Below are positions 55,871-64,000 of a stretch of DNA of 64,000 nucleotides, piece after piece. The position numbers and the translations under genes were made by a program. Under the pieces are notes generated by a model. That model searched no databases. It saw nothing but the letters and a program-made list of their open reading frames with translations, and was not told the DNA's origin. Source of the stretch: Eledone cirrhosa (taxonomy: Eukaryota); contig OZ024746.1 in assembly GCA_964016885.1 (NCBI GenBank), positions 13,764,001 through 13,828,000 on the forward strand, given 5' to 3'. Numbering within the stretch: the stretch's first letter is position 1; each line of letters begins with the position of its first letter.

Positions 55871-57391
55871 GAGTTGCAGTCATGTTGAGAGGTCAACAGT
55901 TCAGGTGTCTATTAAGACAAATATGTTATTCGATACATTATTCAATATTTTCAGTCATTTTCAAGAACGATTCTCTCAAAAGAACATCAATAACATCAAT
56001 AACAAAAGAGGTGAAATGATGTATAGTATTGTCATAACAACAAGGCGTGTGTGAGTCCAGATTGTACGTACTGCAAGGGGAATCCATTAGGTCCTGGCGT
56101 ATGGGATATTTGTGTACAAATATGTTTGTGCCCATCAATGTGCAATACATGTGTGCGTATGTGTATGTGTGCGTGTCGGCGCGTGTATATCTATAAACAC
56201 CTAAACTTTTTTGAAATGATCTTTGCTAGATGTGATTTGATAGATAGTTTTTGGCTTTGTTTGTTTTTCGACTCTGATGCTTATAATGAACTTGGCAATA
56301 TATTGTCAATTAATTTTGAAGGGTTGACCTTTGTGGTTTATTTTTATTTATTTTTTTATTATTTTTTTATTTTTTTATTATTGTAGTATTTTCTAATATT
56401 ATTTTTTATTATTGTAGTATTTTCTAATATTTTTATTTTTAATATTTTTTTAATATTTTTAATATGTAAATTTTTTAATATGTAATATTTTTAATATGTA
56501 ATATTCTTTCGTAATATTTTTTTTAGTTTTCTATTTTATTATTACTTATTATTATTATTGTTATTTTTTAGTTTTGTTTCTGATATATATTTTTATTAGT
56601 ATATTGAAATCTGCTCTCTATTTCTGCTTGATAGATAATCTTGTAGAGTAAAGACGGGAATAATAATACTCATATATGTATACTCAAATTTTTATACCAC
56701 ATTGAGAATGTTTTCCGTGAACATAGGCTTTGCAGAATTGATCATGTAGATTCACATGGATGTTTGTAGCTATTACATAAACATATGAATTTTTTTAAAA
56801 AACTAAACATAAGTTCATTAATTTTCACACACTATGGTTACTTGTCTCATTCAGGAATACTGATATTTACAATATAGTGGATGTTTTATAAATACATTAA
56901 AACATAGGGTTTTTACGCCTCGCATATATCTGGTTATTTTAAAATTTTTAAATTTTTTCTCTCGCTATATTTTTTTCTCTCTCTATATTTTTTTCTCTCT
57001 ATATATATCTCACTTACATTAATACTAGAGCTAAATAAATAAATAAATAAATAAATGTATCATTGATACATTTACTCAACAGACCTCCCACTACCTAATT
57101 TTCTATATATATATGTATCTATCTCTATTTCCTCTCTCTCTCTATATATATATCTCTTTCTGTTTCTTTACATGAAGTTCTTCTCTTTATCTATCTTTCC
57201 ATCTCTCTATTTTGTTCCATGCATTTCTTCTTCTTCTTCCTTTTCTTCGTTTTCTGTCTTTCTTTCTTTTTTCTCTCTTTCTTTCTCTCTGTGTACAATT
57301 TTTTCACTGCCATATCAACCTCTTCAAATGCAAGTCGATGTTATTACGGTATGTCGAATCTATTTATCTATAAAACTGTTTATATTGTATT

Positions 57392-57446
57392 TTGTCTGAG
57401 GAAGGCATAGCATATTGTTAATACGATATCCCTGAAATATATATAA
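57392..57446 (+). ncRNA. Hammerhead motif (diverged relative of the 24.5-kb family)
   Basis: CUGAGGA-AGG..CCU-GAAA-UAUA-UA. The downstream tail is nearly identical to 24508-24561 and ends in (TA)n. Confidence 0.6.
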
Positions 57447-57490
57447 TGAAATAAATATGGTTTTATAAATATAGTTTCCATTTATTTAAT

Positions 57491-57529
<39 letters not shown>

Positions 57530-57954
57530 TGTATGCATATGAAATGTTTACGTGTGACATAAAAAAAGATAGAAAGTTAAAGAACGGCAATAGTAAAATA
57601 AAACAAAGAAGATATAACTGCAGTTTAAATTATAAACCTTGCTATAAAAATGTAAACAAATATAGATAGTTTATTATTCTTCGTACATAGAAAACTATTG
57701 GGATAACCTTCACATTTTTCACAGCTTATTGGATGTTAATCAGAAGACATGTATTCTTATTTTCTGTTCATGAAGAGAGCTATTGCAAATTGCTCTTTAT
57801 ATCAAGTACAAACCAAGACTCAACTGAAATGGATAATCTAACTTGCATATCCGGCCTTTATTGACGACGTGATTAATTAAACAAGAAATATGTATGTACA
57901 ATACAGCATATCGTTCGAGTTTTCTATATTTGTCACCAACACAAATATAGCAAG

Positions 57955-58007
<53 letters not shown>

Positions 58008-58094
58008 AGGGTACTTCTCTTCTGATGTAAGCATGTGAAAGACAATACCACCATTTTTCTGTGTACAAAGATAGTAATATTCTACTTACATTAC

Positions 58095-58380
58095 GATCGT
58101 AAGGTCGTGAGTTCGATTCCCGGCGGCGCGTTGTGTCCTTCAGCAAGACACTTTATTTCACGTTGCTCCAGTCCACCCAGCTGGCAAAAATGAGTTGTAC
58201 CTGTAATTCGACAGGCCAGCCTTGTCACATTTTGTGTCACGCTGAATCTCCCTGAGAACTACGTCAAGGGCACGCGTGTCTATGGAATGCGCAGACATTT
58301 ACACATTAATTTCACGATCAGGCTGTTCCGTTGATCGGATCAACTGGAACACTCGTCGTCGTAACCGACGAAGTTCCAGT
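58095..58380 (+). mobile_element. tRNA-derived SINE
   Basis: GAGTTCGATTCC B-box, GTGTCCTTCAGCAAGACACTTT..GCTCCAGTCCACCCAGCTG, and 3' hairpin CGTCGTCGTAACCGACG. Confidence 0.85.
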
Positions 58381-58579
58381 AATAGTAATAGGAATCCACT
58401 ATGATATTTTTCTGTAGTTGTAGATGTTTTATTTATGATATATATTTAAGGTATCGATCAGAAACCTTATATGGCGGATATTCTTGTTTACACACTCATT
58501 TACAATCTCATTTTCTTCGTTAAAACCCTTGGAAAGGATATTTTTACCATTCTCACAGGAAGACTAGCAATCGTAACTA

Positions 58580-58677
58580 CAGGGTGCGGCAAAATGATCT
58601 GACACATTTGTACGTTTAATAAAAGCGAAATAGAATAAATGTGTCAGATCATTTTCAGATCATTTTGCCGCACCCTG
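58580..58677. mobile_element. Tc1/mariner-type MITE with TA TSD
   Basis: TA-CAGGGTGCGGCAAAATGATCTG...CAGATCATTTTGCCGCACCCTG-TA. Confidence 0.85.
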
Positions 58678-60059
58678 TATAAGAGAAACAGCTAACCAAT
58701 TAAATTACAGCACAACAGCTAAATAAAAGTCTCAGACATTTTATTACAATGTGGTGTCAACTGTGGTCACGAATGTCTCTATTCGCAGCTAAATGAAGCT
58801 ATCAGAAATAAATGACTTAGACGATTTAGTTTAACCCCCTCTTACTTTCATGAACGTTCATTTGTATCCATAACATAACAGATCATTTCCTTGGTTGATC
58901 CTCTCATATTCTATCACTTGGGCCATCATCAACACTGTGTTGATACCAACTTGAAATAAATTGTTAGATATTTAATTATATATAAATGTTTAAATAGTTT
59001 ACAAGAATATAATGAACTTTGACATTTTCAGTATTCTGTCATCGTCCATTATTTCAGCAAATTCCAGGTGAGGTTTTGGCGTCTAACCAGAAGGATATCC
59101 AATAATTTGACTATGATGTATATATAGTGTTTTCATTTTATATTTTTTGCATTTATAGAGACATTTCTTTTGTTATTTTTATAAAAACAAAAAGGAATAA
59201 AGGATTTGCATTACATTTGTTATTTTGAAATGGTTAGAATCACGTTTGAAATAGTATGGCCGCTAAAATATTTATACTAAACAAACCCGTTGGGCTTGTA
59301 ACAACTATTAAGTATTGGCTCAATGCCGTCATCACTGTCTTCTTGCCATGGTAATGGTTTTAGTTGTTTTATTATGTATTGATCTACCGATACACGCGAC
59401 AAAAGAGTTGGAAATGTTTTGTTGAGTAGAGTATTAGGATCAATACATTACTTCACAAGGCTGTCATTTATGCTCGAAATACCAAGTGAAATATTCAAAG
59501 GTTTCTACTTTGTGTTACAAAGCAACAATCGCTTCCAGAACAATTCCATAGAATTTCCCCATACATATATGTCGAATAATAAAATAATGAATTTCGGAGT
59601 TTTGCATCTAAAATAGAATTTCATAAATACAAAAGAAGCAAGTTTATTCTACTACTAAGAATAAATTATCGATAATTTTACTTACATTTGAGTTAAATGT
59701 AACATATTTCTTTTCTCTTAATTTTAATTCTAAATATAAAACACAATAACTGAAACCTTAAGATTGATATTCTATTCCTTGCACTATCACCGGGATCAAT
59801 TCTACTTTCAAATATTATTTAGTGATTGTTTATACATACCCATTCTACTATTTCTGGGAATCATTTACCTCAAGAATGACTTATCGCTTCCATTACAACT
59901 CTTCTACATCATTAATTCACACTTTATCTCTCCTTTAATCATTCATACTCACTCATATGTAGGTAAATTCACCTTTTGTACGCAAACCTTATACAAATGA
60001 AAGAACTTAACATTTGTTCACCATAAATGTTCTCTTGTCCCTCTAACATTAATCATTTA

Positions 60060-60670
60060 TATCCCCTGGAAAATTGGCTTCTACAACATGACTGACGCTT
60101 GCTACCCACCCCATAGAACAATATCGAATCTGTTAGGTTTGCACTTCATTACTATTTTTACGGGAATTTTCAAATAGGGATACAATTAGGCTTTGGTGTA
60201 CCTTTCATATTACCGTCATTACCGCCAGAAAAATCCTTCCTGTAGATAATAGTATTGTAAATAGTTTGGGCTACCATGTCATTTTTTTATAGGAAGGTAG
60301 TGCCGTGCGGGCATTTTTGGAGACCCTGAGTGATATCTTCCCCACTGCTATGTCACAATCGATATTTTTTACAACTGGAGGCTTGCAGACATCCTCACCT
60401 CTCTAATTGACCATTTAATAGCTATTTCTTGTTCCTGAATAATGAATGCCTATCTTTCTAGGTGGTATGTGATGACCAGGAGAGGGTAATCTTCCTGTCT
60501 ATGTTGGTGGCATTCTTTAGCTTGCGGGGTATGTAGCAAAGCATAACTTTCAGTCGATTGGTGAGTATGGCTCCTCTAAATTTCTGTTTAAGTAGGTTAG
60601 TCCAGCTACACTTGAATCACTGAGAACTGCTGTACACTGCGAATACCTGTTCAGGAATGCTTCACCTGAA
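60060..60670 (-). pseudogene. Possible decayed Penelope-like RT-thumb/linker fragment
   Basis: Frameshifted YPLLVITYHL, PPVV and QGLQKCP resemble the PLE PLVxTYHP..PP..GxxKC linker. Confidence 0.4.
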
Positions 60671-60938
60671 ATAGATAGCTAAATGAATAAATAGATGGAC
60701 AGATAAATAGATAAATGGATAGATAGATATAGACAGACAGATAGATAGATTGATAGATAGATAGGTAGATAGGCAGATAGATAGATATAGACAGACAGAA
60801 AGATAGATAGACAGCTGGGGGATATTGTCACAGAGAAAATAAAAGTTTAGTAGTTCGATAAGGGCTGAGTGTGCCGCCGTAAATATTAAATATTACCAAC
60901 ACACACACAAACACACACACACACACGCACACACACGC

Positions 60939-60984
<46 letters not shown>

Positions 60985-63900
60985 TTATATGTGGTCACTC
61001 TAGCTACAACAATAATTTTGTCCCATTTAGTACACACTCACACGTAACACATATAAACACTATTTCTTCACACACAGACATAGACACACACAAATACTCA
61101 CACATATAGAGAAAGATACACACAAACTCACACACGCACACACACACACATGTATACACACAAACACACACACATACGGAGAAACAAACACGCAAATTCA
61201 CACACATACACTCACGTTTATATATGGTCACTCAAGTTACAACCATAATTTTGTCTCACTTAATACACTCACACGTAACACATATATGCATGAACACTTA
61301 AAGAGTCTGCAGAGTTTCTACCGTTAATATAGGATGAAACCCAGTCAGTTCATGCCTTGACTATTCATTTCCAAGTCTTATATTACCAATAAATTGAGAA
61401 TTCAGCGTCACGTTATACAACTTAACCTTCACTAATAATTCACAATTTTAAAAAAAAGTATAAAGTCTTACATTTTTAATAAAGAAGAGTGAAAATAAGA
61501 AAGTTTCATGTTTATGTCTCCCCAACCCGTATTTGCAATTCATGAGAATCGAAACTTGATTAAGGATGTGATTTATAGATTGATTGCAACTATACACCGT
61601 TGTTCCACATCATCCTAATAATTATCGTTTATTACACCAGCACAAAACCAACGAAAGAGCACGTTGTAATGTTCATGTATCACATAACACCAAAGAAAGA
61701 CATGTTCTGATGTTCATATAGTTTTCTATTAACGTAAGTGAAATGCCACGTTCTGATGTCCGTGTCTTTTTCTATTAACGGTTAAACTAACTCACAGAGA
61801 TGGCGACCAGGGAAACTAATTTTGCAATATAGTCATTGGCACACTCCTGCAGTAAATATATCTCCATAAGTATGGAGTCTATGCTAAATTTATAGTGGAA
61901 AGGAAGATTTACAATAATATTGTCTAATGATTACGCCTTTTCTGAAGCGAATCAAAGGAAGTGGAAATACTCAATGGGTAGTAAAGAAATCCGCCTGCAT
62001 ACTCAATCTGTTTAGACTTTAGAGTGCTAAGCTTTAATGCTGTTTGTTTAGCTCCAGGCTTATAATCAAAGACGTTCCACTTGTGATCATCTCGACGTTT
62101 TGTATATTTAGGGATACATTGTTCGATGTGTTTTTCCTTTTGAAGAAATCTAGCGATCATATAGAAGCTACCTCGAGGCGTAAGGTCATGAATCTTTACA
62201 GGAGAAAAGAAATAAGATATTATGGTGGTGATTTTGTTTTTTGCAAAGCATTCATAGCATTTGAGTTTCTGATTCGGTTTTACAACAAATATTTCCGTGG
62301 CTCTTTCCTTCGTGATATAACTACATTGGAACACACATGATGTATTTCCTGTGAATTGATCATTTTTGAACAATTCACAATAACAAAAATCTCATTATAA
62401 AACTAACTTGGGTTGGTAATTATGTATGAAAAATCGTCCAAATCCATTTATTAAAGACTAATGATTAATAATTTCTTTGTAGAGTCACTGGGATAGTTTT
62501 ATAAACGCCAAAATGAATTTACAACGAGATTAATTTAACATTGTCTTTTTCCATTGTTATTGATGAATTCTAGAACTAAAAAGAAATATATGGTAGTTTT
62601 TAATTAAATTCAGTAGAAATTCCATAATATCTGATATTATCAAAGAAAAGATGAAATTGTATTTTACTGATGCAGTTACAATGAAATAAAAAATAATAGA
62701 AAACGAAGTTACATTGAATATATTGCAAGGTGTTGAACTAGTTTTATGGAAACGTTCACTACATTGGAGAATTATATAAACAGGTGCCGATTTAATATAA
62801 TAATTAAAACGTGCTCGAGTATATTAAAACATAGCAAACCAGCATAGTGCAAGAGATTTAAATATTGATAGAAACACGAGGACAATGCTTTAAAGTACAC
62901 CCATTTTTTGAAACATATTTTCAACGACCTCTTGTATTATATATGGAATCAGGAGGTAATTTTCTTTAATAAATATTTATTGAGAGTTTTTTTCATTTAT
63001 TTTCAATGTTATAAATATATTATTAGTTAGTTTTGCACATCTGACAGTGTTTTTGCCATCTCTGTCGGATTGATGTGGATTAAAAAATACTATTCTACAT
63101 CAATGCTGTACATGTGCTGGCTTTCCGTTATTGAAGAAAGCTAAGTAGATTATTTCAATGGTTCGGTTTACATCTTTCATCTCTGCCTTGCATCAACCCC
63201 AGACTCTTTCTATTCTATTATTTATAATGTAAAATGTGTCTATATCATATAGTTTGGAAGCAAAGGTTAATGTATATTATAAAGTACTATGCCTATATTG
63301 AAAAATAAAACAACTTATGACAGTAGAATCGTAGAAATGATAGGTAGTCTTTCAGTGTGTAATAATGTAGCTTTATATTCTGAGTTCCAATCCCAGTGGA
63401 GTTGACTTTGTCTTTAATCATTTCCATGTTAATAAAATAAGAAGCAACCTCATAATAATGTTCATCCAAACATTTCAATATTAAAACTTGTCATGAGATT
63501 TTCTTTCTTAGAAGTTTCAATATCTTAACAACTATGTGGAAACTGAGGTTAGTAGTTATCAACTGTATATGTAGTAACGGGTATTGTAAAAGACTACCTT
63601 GAGTAAGTTGTCTCATATAGAATCTACAATCTACAATATTTGTACATTTAGAATATGATCAGATCAAGTTTATTTAGTCTAAAATCTGTTGTATACACTT
63701 TGTAAACTACTCTTTGTAAATTACTCTTTTACCAGTTCCATACCGTGGACTGTGGCATAACCATCATATATTACATGCCTTGTCTAAACTATATATAGCA
63801 TCATTTCTTGCATGCATTGTATATGCAGTACTTTGTCTGGTGAATAACGCATTTACTATTTTTCTATATCTTAAAAGAGAAAAGACGAAAGTGACCTTGA

Positions 63901-64000
63901 CCTTTTACAAGGCCTTCATCACTGGTGGTCTCGAATGTGTTAGGTGGTGGTGTTAAACCGAGAGTTATATTATGTCTGCTACCTATTAACTGGTACAGTT

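Noticed and set aside
62340-62940. GPCR pseudogene suggested by hydrophobic stretches on the minus strand
   Set aside because: No DRY- or NPxxY-type motifs. The hydrophobicity is explained by T-rich composition.

Overview
An AT-rich, microsatellite-saturated animal genomic window with no intact host gene that I can support. The repeat content (tRNA-headed SINEs, RTE LINE debris, extreme (TA)n/(CA)n load) suggests an octopus or other coleoid cephalopod; this is inference. Nearly all ORF-track entries are translated microsatellites. The main hidden signal is at the RNA level. By manual reading I find about 15 canonical and about 9 variant or decayed minimal type-I hammerhead ribozyme (HHR) motifs, of the form stem I-CUGANGA-stem II-GAAA-palindromic helix III-UH-stem I'. 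They belong to roughly a dozen short, mostly non-coding repeat families with unrelated sequences, and almost all sit in or directly beside (TA)n tracts. Many insertions are head-to-head fold-backs: both 3' ends point outward into (TA)n, and one arm stops short at an internal TA. Some are partial tandem repeats with 470-540 bp units. This fits a diverse radiation of non-autonomous Penelope-like or retrozyme-like elements that target (TA)n. It includes core variants (compensatory U3-A8, U3-A8 plus GCAA, U4C) and a shared GAGYRCTC motif near the 3' ends. Decayed Penelope-like GIY-YIG and linker ORF fragments are also present. Other content: RTE LINE fragments and bipartite RTE derivatives, SINEs (three with clear TSDs), small Tc1/mariner-type MITEs, an 8x45-bp minisatellite, and a 3.3-kb 20-bp satellite with a 1258-bp higher-order repeat. 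All structures were read by eye, so coordinates may be off by a few nt. No cleavage activity has been shown.
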